Positions 7,176 through 15,882 of a stretch of DNA of 64,000 nt are shown piece by piece. Location of the stretch: the IMG/VR virus record IMGVR_UViG_3300024503_000485, positions 124,001-188,000 of that record, one strand, 5' to 3'. The position numbers and the translations under genes are program-made. The notes beneath the pieces are model-generated. The model did not search any database, was not told where the DNA came from, and saw only the letters and a list, made by a program, of their open reading frames with translations. The number at the start of each line of letters is the position of its first letter. Positions within the stretch are counted from its first letter, which is position 1.

Positions 7176-7610
7176 TTATTTTGCCTTTTTATGTTCTTCT
7201 AGGCGTTGCCTTAGTATGTTTGAACCGCCTACTCTGACGTTTATAATGCCATTATAATATTCGTCAGTTTCTAAAACTCTGCGTTCAAACTGCTCTCTTG
7301 CCTCTAAATAGGACATTTCTGCCTTGGATTTGCAAAGATAAAGTATTTCTCTAGTGAAGTTTCCGGGACCTAATGCTTGGACGTCTGCGTTTAACCTATC
7401 AGAAGAACCCCAGTAATCGCGCCAATCGCTTTCAACTACGGATCTACGTTTAAGTTTTTTGCCTTTGAGTGGTGGTTTAGTACGTTTAAATTGTGCTAAT
7501 TTCTTGCCTATGTACTTCTGCCCGGTTTGTGTGTTCGTGATGAGATAAACAAAGCCAATATAGCCTTCTGGTATTTCGTTTATTGGTTGATTTTGATACG
7601 TCCATTGCAC
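7176..7610 (-). CDS. Stand-alone GIY-YIG family endonuclease (Seg-like catalytic domain only)
   Basis: GFVYLITN...KYIGKK, YWGSS, REIL...YLEAREQ, YYNG motifs; GTG start; 144 aa. Confidence 0.85.
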   Translation of the reverse strand: MQWTYQNQPINEIPEGYIGFVYLITNTQTGQKYIGKKLAQFKRTKPPLKGKKLKRRSVVESDWRDYWGSSDRLNADVQALGPGNFTREILYLCKSKAEMSYLEAREQFERRVLETDEYYNGIINVRVGGSNILRQRLEEHKKAK

Positions 7611-7841
7611 TCACTTAGTTATTTTAGGCGGTCTTCCAACCATGCCTTTTCTGGCTAACTTTCGTTGTTCGCGTTTTTCTTGTATCTCAACTCGCCTTTT
7701 TGATGCCTCGTTGCGTATTTCTGATAGCCAATATCGTGCCTTAATGCCTGCTTCATCTGAGCCTTTGTATTCAAATCGTTCTTGCCACTTAAAATATTCC
7801 TGAAAAGCAGCAATCATACGATCGTGCGATTCTGTTGTCAT
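7611..7841 (-). CDS. Hypothetical helical protein
   Basis: 76 aa; translationally coupled to its neighbours. Confidence 0.75.
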   Translation of the reverse strand: MTTESHDRMIAAFQEYFKWQERFEYKGSDEAGIKARYWLSEIRNEASKRRVEIQEKREQRKLARKGMVGRPPKITK

Positions 7842-8392
7842 AACAAAGGAGGGCCTTCAAAGAATTGAATAAGTGTTTTTCTAGTGCCTTTGGTTACTGG
7901 ATCAACTTTATGAGGAACCCAGCTAGGAAAAACTAACAATGTTCCTGGCAATCTAAATTCTTCAATTACATGAGGACCGTTGAAAAATAAACTTATATCA
8001 CCGCCCTCATACGGTTCGTCAGATAAGTTTAGTAATGCTGTTAATTTAATATCCTTAATACCATCTCTTCTCCCGTCGGTGTGCCAATCATATTCGCCGT
8101 TGGTTTTAGAATCGTAGGTATTGTAACTTAATATTGACTCGTACCCAATTGCGTCAAGATGAAATCTAAAAGCAAGGTTGTTAATAACACCAATTGATTC
8201 ATAAAATTTTTCTAATTCGGGGGATATAAATTTTCTGTTGATAAATTTTACATCGGCAGTTTTAGTTGCTCCATCTGCAGGAACATCTTTTACAGAATCG
8301 TCTCTATTATAATGTAATAGAATTAAAGTCCTGAGTTCTTCACACATTTCTGGTGTATAAAGTTCTTTAACATAATAAAAGTCATAAATCAT
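7838..8392 (-). CDS. 2OG-Fe(II) oxygenase (PKHD/prolyl-hydroxylase-like)
   Basis: YDWHTD (HxD), KLTALLNL, YEGG, FPSWVPHKV and RKTL motifs. Confidence 0.9.
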   Translation of the reverse strand: MIYDFYYVKELYTPEMCEELRTLILLHYNRDDSVKDVPADGATKTADVKFINRKFISPELEKFYESIGVINNLAFRFHLDAIGYESILSYNTYDSKTNGEYDWHTDGRRDGIKDIKLTALLNLSDEPYEGGDISLFFNGPHVIEEFRLPGTLLVFPSWVPHKVDPVTKGTRKTLIQFFEGPPLL

Positions 8393-10167
8393 TCTATAAT
8401 CTCCACATCGTTGCTGTAACTGGTAAATCCGTTTTCTTTAATAACTTTTAACACATGATTTACTCGATTTGTTAGATCATCTCTGTGAGAAATTAAGAAA
8501 ACATTTTTATTTCTTTCTCTAGTCATCTTCTTAAGTACCGCAATACTTGATTCTACTCCGCTGGCATCCATGCCGCTGTCTACAAGCTCATCAATAAACA
8601 ACAGGTTGATAGGATGATAAAGATTTTCCCACACATCTCGGAACGCCCAAGATAGAGATAAAATCAATCTGTTGCGTTCACCTCGACTTAAATTATCAAA
8701 ATCTAGGTCCTGGCCTAATTGAGTAATAATAACACTAAGATCATTTTGAAATTCTACAATATGAGGCAATCCTATTCTATCTAGATAATGAGTTAATCGT
8801 TGATTTAAGAATGCTAAGTTTTGATCGATAATACGTTTACGTACAAAACTATCTTTATTTGTTAAAAGTTTATGTAAAAACTCCTGATGATCTTTAACTC
8901 TTACAAGTTCGTTTAGGTTATTCCAGTCAATTTCTTGAACAGCAGTATTTTTTAATTCTAAGATTTGATCATCATAAGGGTTTTCTTCTGCTTCTTTAAT
9001 AGTAGCATCTCTTTCTAACCCATCTAATGTGTTTTTATGATTAAGTGCTTCTTCTAAATTGTCATAAGTTACTTTTGGACAAGCAGTTAGCTCACCTAAT
9101 AATGCCATTGCTTCGTTAAGAGTTGATAGTTCTTCTAAGTGTTCGTTAATAGAACCTTTACTTTCTTCAACTTGTTGAGCTTTTGCTACAAGCATTTCTT
9201 CATGTTTGTCATCATGTAACTCTTGACCACAAGCATGGCATTTATGATCTGCAAGACTAATAAGCTCTTTTTCTAATTTAGAAAGGACTTTTTGTTCTTT
9301 TTCTAATGCCGCTGTTTGTTTAGCAATTAAAGAATTAAGGTTATCTTTTTCTTTTTTGTTTTTATTCCATTCAACTAATGCTCGTTGATTTGATATTTCT
9401 TCTTCAATGTCAATTTGCATTAAACGATCAATACTTTTAAGTATATTTTCAAGAGAGGACTCTTTTTGATCGTTCCACATTTTTTGTTTACGCTCTAACG
9501 CTTCAATGCTTTGTTGAATGCGTTCATTACTAGCTTTAATTGTTTCTATTTTAGTATTTTCTGAAGTAATAGCATCTTTTGTTTGTTTGATTTGTTCTTT
9601 TAAATTTTCTGCTTTTTCTGATAAAAGTGTAATACCTAGTAATTGTTCAATAACGCTTCTTTGATCAGCAGCCTTCATTGATAAGAACGGTTCAGTATAA
9701 GTGTTCAACGCTAAAATGTGTTTAAACATTTCGTGACTCATACCAAATACATCTTCAATTGCTTTTTGTGTTTCTCGACTATCGCCTTGAGATTCGTCAA
9801 GGTCCTGTAATTCTTGTTCTTGACCGTTAATGCTAAATTTTAACAAGTTTGGTTTTCTACCACGTTCAATGTGATATTCAACGCCGTGTTTTTCAAAACT
9901 AATTGTGACTAACATTCCCTTTTGATTAATCTTGTTGATAAGGTTGTCACGTTTAATATTAGTCAGGGCTTGACCGTAGATCGCATAACTCAAGCCATTG
10001 ATGATAGTTGTTTTGCCCGTACCGTTGCGAGCCCCAGAATCATCACCTCCTAGATCTAGATTTTCACCTAAGACTAGAGTTAATTGACCACGGTCAAAAT
10101 CGATGGCTTGAGTTTGATTACCCACGCTCATGAAATTTCTTACGGTTAGATTCTTAATTTTAATCAT
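8389..10167 (-). CDS. gp46: Recombination endonuclease ATPase subunit (SbcC/Rad50, T4 gp46-like)
   Basis: Walker A NGTGKTT, coiled coil with CHAC zinc hook, LSRGE signature, Walker B LLFIDE. Confidence 0.95.
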   Translation of the reverse strand: MIKIKNLTVRNFMSVGNQTQAIDFDRGQLTLVLGENLDLGGDDSGARNGTGKTTIINGLSYAIYGQALTNIKRDNLINKINQKGMLVTISFEKHGVEYHIERGRKPNLLKFSINGQEQELQDLDESQGDSRETQKAIEDVFGMSHEMFKHILALNTYTEPFLSMKAADQRSVIEQLLGITLLSEKAENLKEQIKQTKDAITSENTKIETIKASNERIQQSIEALERKQKMWNDQKESSLENILKSIDRLMQIDIEEEISNQRALVEWNKNKKEKDNLNSLIAKQTAALEKEQKVLSKLEKELISLADHKCHACGQELHDDKHEEMLVAKAQQVEESKGSINEHLEELSTLNEAMALLGELTACPKVTYDNLEEALNHKNTLDGLERDATIKEAEENPYDDQILELKNTAVQEIDWNNLNELVRVKDHQEFLHKLLTNKDSFVRKRIIDQNLAFLNQRLTHYLDRIGLPHIVEFQNDLSVIITQLGQDLDFDNLSRGERNRLILSLSWAFRDVWENLYHPINLLFIDELVDSGMDASGVESSIAVLKKMTRERNKNVFLISHRDDLTNRVNHVLKVIKENGFTSYSNDVEIIE

Positions 10168-11174
10168 AGTTCTTTATAAATCTCTAATAGGAGTCCTTTA
10201 TCGTATGTGTCGCTTTCAATAGCATTGATTTGATTGATAACAATGGTATCAACACTTTCAAATTCAATATCGATAGGCGAAGCACTCGATTCAACTTCTA
10301 CCTTTTCTGGAATAAGCATTAATTCTCGCAAATCGTATTGCGGCATGAATTGCTCTTTAATGAAATTTGCTTCTTCAAATGTAATAGGTAAGTCAATAGT
10401 AACACGACAATGCATTTTTGGTCTTAACAATGCGTCGGGAGTATCAATTATTTGACTTAGCTTGTAGGTACGATATACTGGTTGATTAGCCCAAGTTTTG
10501 TATTGGGGTTTGCCTCCCCACTCTAATAACATCATACCTCGATCGTCATCACCTGCATCGGCGTAATTGTGCGGAAATGCATTACCAATATACACTATGT
10601 TTCCTGTAGCTTGGCGTTTGTGAAAATGCCCGCTAAACACATAATCTTGATTTACAAAATGGTTTCTTTGCAACTGGCCATGATCGGGCATTTGAATCAT
10701 AGCATTCATGTAGAAGCTTGGTAATTCTAAATGTCCAAAAATATATTTGCTTTTAATTTTTGGAATATCTTTCCATTCGTCTCCTACTAACCAAGGGAGT
10801 ATTGTTACATTTCCATCTGTAAAGGGTTCTTTAATAGGAGTTACATTTGGAAACAATCGCATAAATTCAATTGAATTGATTTCTCGTTTGTCTTTATAAA
10901 ACAAATCGTGATTGCCTAAAATAAAATAGACTTTTTCAAAAGATGCGTTTAATCGTTCTAGGTTAGACACCGTATAATTCATAGTGCTAACATCTGTAGT
11001 TGATCGATTGTGATGCCAGTCGCCTAAGAAGATGCAAGTTTCTGCACCTTCTTCTTTAGCAGTATCACAAAACCATTTAACAAATTCTTCACAATCAATG
11101 TTGTGAGTTCTGCTTCCTGATTTTAATCCAAAGTGTATATCCGTAAAACATGCGGCTTTTTTAAATAGATTCAT
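10164..11174 (-). CDS. gp47: Recombination endonuclease nuclease subunit (SbcD/Mre11, T4 gp47-like)
   Basis: Metallophosphoesterase motifs DIHFG, LGDWHH, LGNHD, GHFH. Confidence 0.95.
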   Translation of the reverse strand: MNLFKKAACFTDIHFGLKSGSRTHNIDCEEFVKWFCDTAKEEGAETCIFLGDWHHNRSTTDVSTMNYTVSNLERLNASFEKVYFILGNHDLFYKDKREINSIEFMRLFPNVTPIKEPFTDGNVTILPWLVGDEWKDIPKIKSKYIFGHLELPSFYMNAMIQMPDHGQLQRNHFVNQDYVFSGHFHKRQATGNIVYIGNAFPHNYADAGDDDRGMMLLEWGGKPQYKTWANQPVYRTYKLSQIIDTPDALLRPKMHCRVTIDLPITFEEANFIKEQFMPQYDLRELMLIPEKVEVESSASPIDIEFESVDTIVINQINAIESDTYDKGLLLEIYKEL

Positions 11175-11180
11175 ATGACG

Positions 11181-11209
11181 AGTTTAATATAATTTTTATT
11201 AAAGGTCAA
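11181..11209 (-). promoter_or_regulatory. Sigma70-type promoter TTGACC-N17-TAAACT
   Basis: -35 at 11209-11204; -10 at 11186-11181; ATG of gp47 follows after 6 nt. Confidence 0.7.
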
Positions 11210-12054
11210 TCCCAATCATTACCATTATCGATAGTAACAGGAGCGGTAGCAGGACCACTACCACTACCCCATTGACGAGTCCAACTTGGATTCATACCGT
11301 TCATTTCCAGTATGTCGTCTCTGATGTTCTGGTTACGTTTTTCAATGTTAATGATCCGCACGAATGAATTAGTGACAGCAGCAGTATAATAAGCAAAAGG
11401 ATTATCGGATTTGCTTTCATCAAATTGTAGTCCTATCTGTGTTAGCTGTAAAATAGCCTGCCCTTTCATTTCGTCATTATAGGTATATCCTCTAACGTTG
11501 CCTCTAGTCGCATATCGGTCACATAATTTTAAAAACATTCGAGCTAGATTACTAGTCATTTGGCCGTGGTCTTTGCTAAATGCTCCGGTGTTAATATCAC
11601 CTTTCCAGTGGCTTTTTACAACACATATTAGATTACCGTTGGTATCAAATTTCCAATGTTGAAAGGGCGGAAAATTTACTTTTTCATGACCGTCGCTGGT
11701 ATTTTTAACGGTCTTTTTTCTTCCTGGAGCAAGAGGAATATGTTCAAAGGTCATAACTCTAAAGACTACATCATTCTTGTCAATTTTTTTATAGTCTATT
11801 TCAAATTCTTTTGCGGGAATTTTTTTACCTTGCGCTAACATTGCTGCTTCGTGGTTAATTTTTGCTAACCTAGAAGCTCTGTTTCTTTTTGCTTCGGCAA
11901 TTGTCCTGATATTAATTTTGGACAAGTTTGGTACAATCATATCATACTCTAAAAATGCTTTATCTGTGCATGAGCAGTATGTATTTTTGCTTAAATGTAT
12001 CTCTCTTAGTAAGTCTTTGTTTGTTAGGTACTTAATTTTAGGTACGGTATTCAT
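11206..12054 (-). CDS. gp55: Late-transcription sigma factor, T4 gp55-like
   Basis: YLTNKDLL N-terminus; region-2-like segment YTYNDEM...QFDESKSDNPFAYYT...NSFVRIINIEK. Confidence 0.85.
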   Translation of the reverse strand: MNTVPKIKYLTNKDLLREIHLSKNTYCSCTDKAFLEYDMIVPNLSKINIRTIAEAKRNRASRLAKINHEAAMLAQGKKIPAKEFEIDYKKIDKNDVVFRVMTFEHIPLAPGRKKTVKNTSDGHEKVNFPPFQHWKFDTNGNLICVVKSHWKGDINTGAFSKDHGQMTSNLARMFLKLCDRYATRGNVRGYTYNDEMKGQAILQLTQIGLQFDESKSDNPFAYYTAAVTNSFVRIINIEKRNQNIRDDILEMNGMNPSWTRQWGSGSGPATAPVTIDNGNDWD

Positions 12055-12080
12055 TCAGTATATATCTCCCTTTTATTAAT

Positions 12081-12089
12081 ATAATAGCA
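12081..12089 (-). promoter_or_regulatory. Possible extended -10 promoter (TG-C-TATTAT) for gene 55
   Basis: TGn-TATTAT followed by SD AAGGGAG and ATG at 12054; no good -35. Confidence 0.4.
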
Positions 12090-12102
12090 CATTTTGACAA
12101 GA

Positions 12103-12109
12103 ATAAATA
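12103..12109 (+). promoter_or_regulatory. Late promoter ATAAATA
   Basis: 19 nt upstream of the ATG at 12129; heads the baseplate operon. Confidence 0.65.
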
Positions 12110-12128
12110 GACTAAACGGAGTCTTTTT

Positions 12129-13262
12129 ATGCCATTATCGCTTAATCCATTAGCCCAATTAGTTAACAATGTTTCTCAAAGTATTAGCGGAGCCGCTAAC
12201 CAAGCAGGAGCCGGCTTAAACAACATGACCGCTTCTTTATCTAAAACAAATTTAGATTCTGTAACTTCTCGTCTTTCCGGCGGATTAGGCAGCGGATTAA
12301 ATGGAGTTACAGCGGGTGTTGGTAATGCAATTGACCAAGGAATGGCAGGCGTTAAAGGATTAACAGGCTCAATTGGAGGCGCCGGCCTTCCAGCATTAGG
12401 CGGCATAACAGGACAAGCACAAAACTTAGTATCTAAAGTTGGTACGGGTGTTGGTGCTATTAGTAACGTTACTTCTGACATTGCTACCTCTCTTAATAAA
12501 TTAGGCGGTGGAAATATTGCTGGCGGACTACTTGGTGTTGCAGGTGCTATTTCCAAAGCCGCTGGACAATTAAACAATATTCTAAGTCTTGCTAGAGGAA
12601 TAAACTTACCGTCAAATGCAGAGTTATTTCAAACACGAGGCGCGGTAGTATCAATGACACCAGTGCCAGGAAATGATTGGCGTGTTAGAATCAACTGCAA
12701 TTGGGAATTGTTTAACTCTCCTTTGTTTGACGCAACTCTTAAGGAAACCGGCGGACTCGCTTGGCCATACTTGCCAAACATCACGGTATCTTCAAAGGCA
12801 AACTACAGCCAATTAGATCCTGTGCATAATATATATCCATTCCAGGCCTATAAGAGTAGTGCTATTGAAGACATTCAAATTAGTGGAGAGTTTTCAGTTG
12901 AAACTGAAAAAGATGCTTACTACTGGATAGCTGCCACCACTTGGTTAAGAACCGTTACTAAAATGTTTTATGGTACAGGACCAAACGTTGGTAATCCGCC
13001 TATTATTTGTCAACTAACCGGCTATGGAAGTAATGTATTCAACACCGTTCCTGTAGTAATCAAAGCAACAAGTTTTGATTTTAAAGAAGATGTTCAATAC
13101 ATTAAATGTCAAACAGATACAATGTCGCAACCAACATGGGTACCGACACTAAGTACTATCTCGGTGACGGTATCGCCAATTTATAACAGAGCAAGACTAC
13201 GTCAATTTAGTTTAGAAGATTTTGCTTCTGGCAATACAGCAAACACAACAGGATTCCTATAA
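12129..13262 (+). CDS. Tail tube initiator/baseplate-tube junction protein (gp48/gp54-like) with a Gly-rich N-terminal extension
   Basis: Tube-like C-terminal domain (WPYLPNITV, IQISGEF, GNPPIICQLTGYG); position in the baseplate operon. Confidence 0.55.
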   Translation: MPLSLNPLAQLVNNVSQSISGAANQAGAGLNNMTASLSKTNLDSVTSRLSGGLGSGLNGVTAGVGNAIDQGMAGVKGLTGSIGGAGLPALGGITGQAQNLVSKVGTGVGAISNVTSDIATSLNKLGGGNIAGGLLGVAGAISKAAGQLNNILSLARGINLPSNAELFQTRGAVVSMTPVPGNDWRVRINCNWELFNSPLFDATLKETGGLAWPYLPNITVSSKANYSQLDPVHNIYPFQAYKSSAIEDIQISGEFSVETEKDAYYWIAATTWLRTVTKMFYGTGPNVGNPPIICQLTGYGSNVFNTVPVVIKATSFDFKEDVQYIKCQTDTMSQPTWVPTLSTISVTVSPIYNRARLRQFSLEDFASGNTANTTGFL

Positions 13263-13263
13263 C

Positions 13264-13563
13264 ATGGCAAAGTATAGACAAAGTTCACCTTATTTTCTTA
13301 CTAAACAAAACAATTTGTATCTTGAATTGTTGTCTATCAGACCCATTCCTGCAGAGACTGATGATTTCAAATACAAAATAGAAAATCAATACAAACACAG
13401 ACCGGATTTATTGTCCTATGATTTGTATGGAACACCAAAACTATGGTGGGTTTTTGTTCAAAGAAATATGGATGTTATTAAAGATCCAATATATGATTTT
13501 GAACCCGGAACAGAAATTTATCTTCCAAAAAAAAGCAATCTAGAAAGATTTTTAGGAATATAA
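13264..13563 (+). CDS. LysM-like baseplate wedge protein, gp53-like (start revised from 13222 to 13264)
   Basis: HRPDLLSYDLYGTPKLWWVF motif; the ATG at 13264 directly follows the upstream stop. Confidence 0.8.
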   Translation: MAKYRQSSPYFLTKQNNLYLELLSIRPIPAETDDFKYKIENQYKHRPDLLSYDLYGTPKLWWVFVQRNMDVIKDPIYDFEPGTEIYLPKKSNLERFLGI

Positions 13564-13564
13564 T

Positions 13565-15874
13565 ATGGCTTTAGGATTACGAGACATTGGTCAAGTATTT
13601 GGTGCAGCATTAACTAAACCAGACGGTACAGGAATCGATCCAACTGCAACAGCATCAAACCTTGGACTTGGTTTTGCAAAAACTTCATCAGACATAAAGT
13701 TAAGTTTATTGCAGGGAAAAACACCTGCAGGAACTGATGCCAGAGCAACTATTAGTGCAGGTAGCAAAGAAAATATTAAACCTAAACAACGAGGGTTTGC
13801 TAATCAGTTAGAACAATTTGCATCATATAATGTTTTATGGACGTTGGCATGTTTAAAACCCGAGGAAGCAAATAATCCTTACCTATACAGAAATTCTGCA
13901 TTCGTTGAAAAACAAGTTGTATTTTCGTCTGGCGGAAGATATGATCAGGAAAGAGCAGCAACAGCCTACGGAGCCCCTGAATACTTTATTCAAAACTTTT
14001 CTATGGATACCTTAATGACAGGTACTCCTGCTACAGGCTCTTCAAATGCTATTAACTTTACCTTTGAAATTATAGAACCTTACAGCATGGGATTGTTTTT
14101 ACAGAGTCTTCAGGTTGCGGCTCTGGCAGCAGGATATCCAAGTTATCTTGAAGAAGCAGTATATTGTTTAAAAATGGAATTTGTAGGATTTGATCAAGAT
14201 ATGAAATCCTATGCTTCTATAAAACCAAAATTCTTTTTAATGTTGTTAAAGAAAACAACTTTTAATGTTACAGAATCTGGAAGCACTTATAAATTTGAAG
14301 CCATTGTTTATAATCAAGAAGGATTTTCTGAAACCTACACAGCATTAAAAACTGATATAGCAATCACAGGAAGTACCGTAAAAGAATTATTAGCAGGCAG
14401 AGAAAGAAGTTTAACAACGGTTCTTAATGAGCACGAACAAAAATCTGTTCCTGAATTAAAAACGTACCCAGACAAGTACGAAATACATTTTCCAGAAAAT
14501 TCATTTGATCCAATCCCTGGAGTTGGACCAGACGATGCAGACAACAGAGCAGTAATAAACACATCAAATGAACGAGTAATTTCAAAAAGTGCATCTTATG
14601 CTAATCCAGAGGACGATCCGGCATTTTTTATTTCAAACGCTATAGGCAATGCAAGTTTTAATTTCCAGGCAGACTCAGGAGGAAACTATGTTGCCCCAAA
14701 AGCAGAAGATGCATATGACGAAAGCACAGGAAAAGTTAATAGAGATAAAGTTTCAATAAATGCAAAAGAAAGAACATTTAACTATGCTCAAAAACAATCA
14801 ATATTAGAAGTTATTACACAAGCCATTGAAGAATCCGATTATGCAGCTAAGGCATTAAAAGAATCTAATATTGATCCAACTGGTATGATTAATTGGTTTA
14901 GAATTGATGTTCAAACACAGCTTTTGAATTGGGATCCTAAATTTAAAAAATATTCAAAACGTATTATTTTTAGAGTAATGCCATACAAAATTCATAATTC
15001 GGTTTTTACAAATCCTAATGCAGTCCCTTTAGGATATGACCAGTTAGAAGAACAAATAGTTAAACAATACAATTACATCTATACAGGTACAAATAATGAT
15101 TTATTAAGATTTGATATACAAATTAATAATTCTTTTTATACCGCAGTTGCATCAAATAGAATTGAAGATGCAGGCCGCCTTGCAAATAAAGATTTACAAA
15201 CATCAGGCGATCCGCAACAAAACAAAGCAGAAGTTGAAAAAGGATCGGGAGGAGTAACAGCAGCTAAGAGTCCTACAGGAAGTAGGCCGGTTGCACAGGA
15301 TGTAAATGCTATTAAACTACCGTTTGGCGGTTCTGGAAATTTAACTGATGAACAAGTAGTTGCTAATAATTTTCACAAAGCATTCCTTGAAAGTTCTCAA
15401 GCTGAAATGGTAAAAATTTCAGCAGAAATTATTGGAGATCCTTACTGGATGGTAGATAGCGGCATGGGCGGATATTTTGCAGGCCCAGGAGCCACAGATC
15501 AAATTACCGAAGACGGGACAGCAAACTATGAAGCAGGTGATACATTCATCTATATGAGATTTAGAACACCGATTGAACCAATGGAAGAAAAAGGAACTTA
15601 TTTGTTTGTTGGAGAATCAGATAGTCCCTTTAGCGGCATTTATAAAGTTATTAAATGTCAAAATAATTTTTCTGAAGGATTGTTTAAACAAACACTAGAG
15701 TGTATTAGAATGCCTCTACAACCTAACGATCTTGATGACAAAGTTGATCCAGATAAACAAAGTACTCTTATGTACAATACAGATAAAGTTAAACCAGAAT
15801 CGTCATCTCCTGTTGACACTGATGATGCCGGTGATGAGGGTGAACCGTCAGATCCACCTACATATTTTGCTTGA
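13565..15874 (+). CDS. Baseplate hub protein (gp27/VgrG-N-like)
   Basis: 769 aa between the LysM-like and spike genes; C-terminal IIGDPYW...GIYKVIKCQNNFSEGLFKQTLEC pattern. Confidence 0.6.
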   Translation: MALGLRDIGQVFGAALTKPDGTGIDPTATASNLGLGFAKTSSDIKLSLLQGKTPAGTDARATISAGSKENIKPKQRGFANQLEQFASYNVLWTLACLKPEEANNPYLYRNSAFVEKQVVFSSGGRYDQERAATAYGAPEYFIQNFSMDTLMTGTPATGSSNAINFTFEIIEPYSMGLFLQSLQVAALAAGYPSYLEEAVYCLKMEFVGFDQDMKSYASIKPKFFLMLLKKTTFNVTESGSTYKFEAIVYNQEGFSETYTALKTDIAITGSTVKELLAGRERSLTTVLNEHEQKSVPELKTYPDKYEIHFPENSFDPIPGVGPDDADNRAVINTSNERVISKSASYANPEDDPAFFISNAIGNASFNFQADSGGNYVAPKAEDAYDESTGKVNRDKVSINAKERTFNYAQKQSILEVITQAIEESDYAAKALKESNIDPTGMINWFRIDVQTQLLNWDPKFKKYSKRIIFRVMPYKIHNSVFTNPNAVPLGYDQLEEQIVKQYNYIYTGTNNDLLRFDIQINNSFYTAVASNRIEDAGRLANKDLQTSGDPQQNKAEVEKGSGGVTAAKSPTGSRPVAQDVNAIKLPFGGSGNLTDEQVVANNFHKAFLESSQAEMVKISAEIIGDPYWMVDSGMGGYFAGPGATDQITEDGTANYEAGDTFIYMRFRTPIEPMEEKGTYLFVGESDSPFSGIYKVIKCQNNFSEGLFKQTLECIRMPLQPNDLDDKVDPDKQSTLMYNTDKVKPESSSPVDTDDAGDEGEPSDPPTYFA

Positions 15875-15882
15875 GGTAATAA

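Noticed and set aside
12094-12099. Perfect TTGACA on the + strand upstream of the baseplate operon
   Set aside because: No -10 element at 16-18 nt spacing (CGGAGT at 17 nt); the adjacent ATAAATA late box explains expression.
13222-13263. ORF-track N-terminal extensions (13222; also 61103 and 62516)
   Set aside because: They overlap upstream genes in another frame; the downstream ATGs at 13264, 61016 and 62504 fit coupling or SD signals better.
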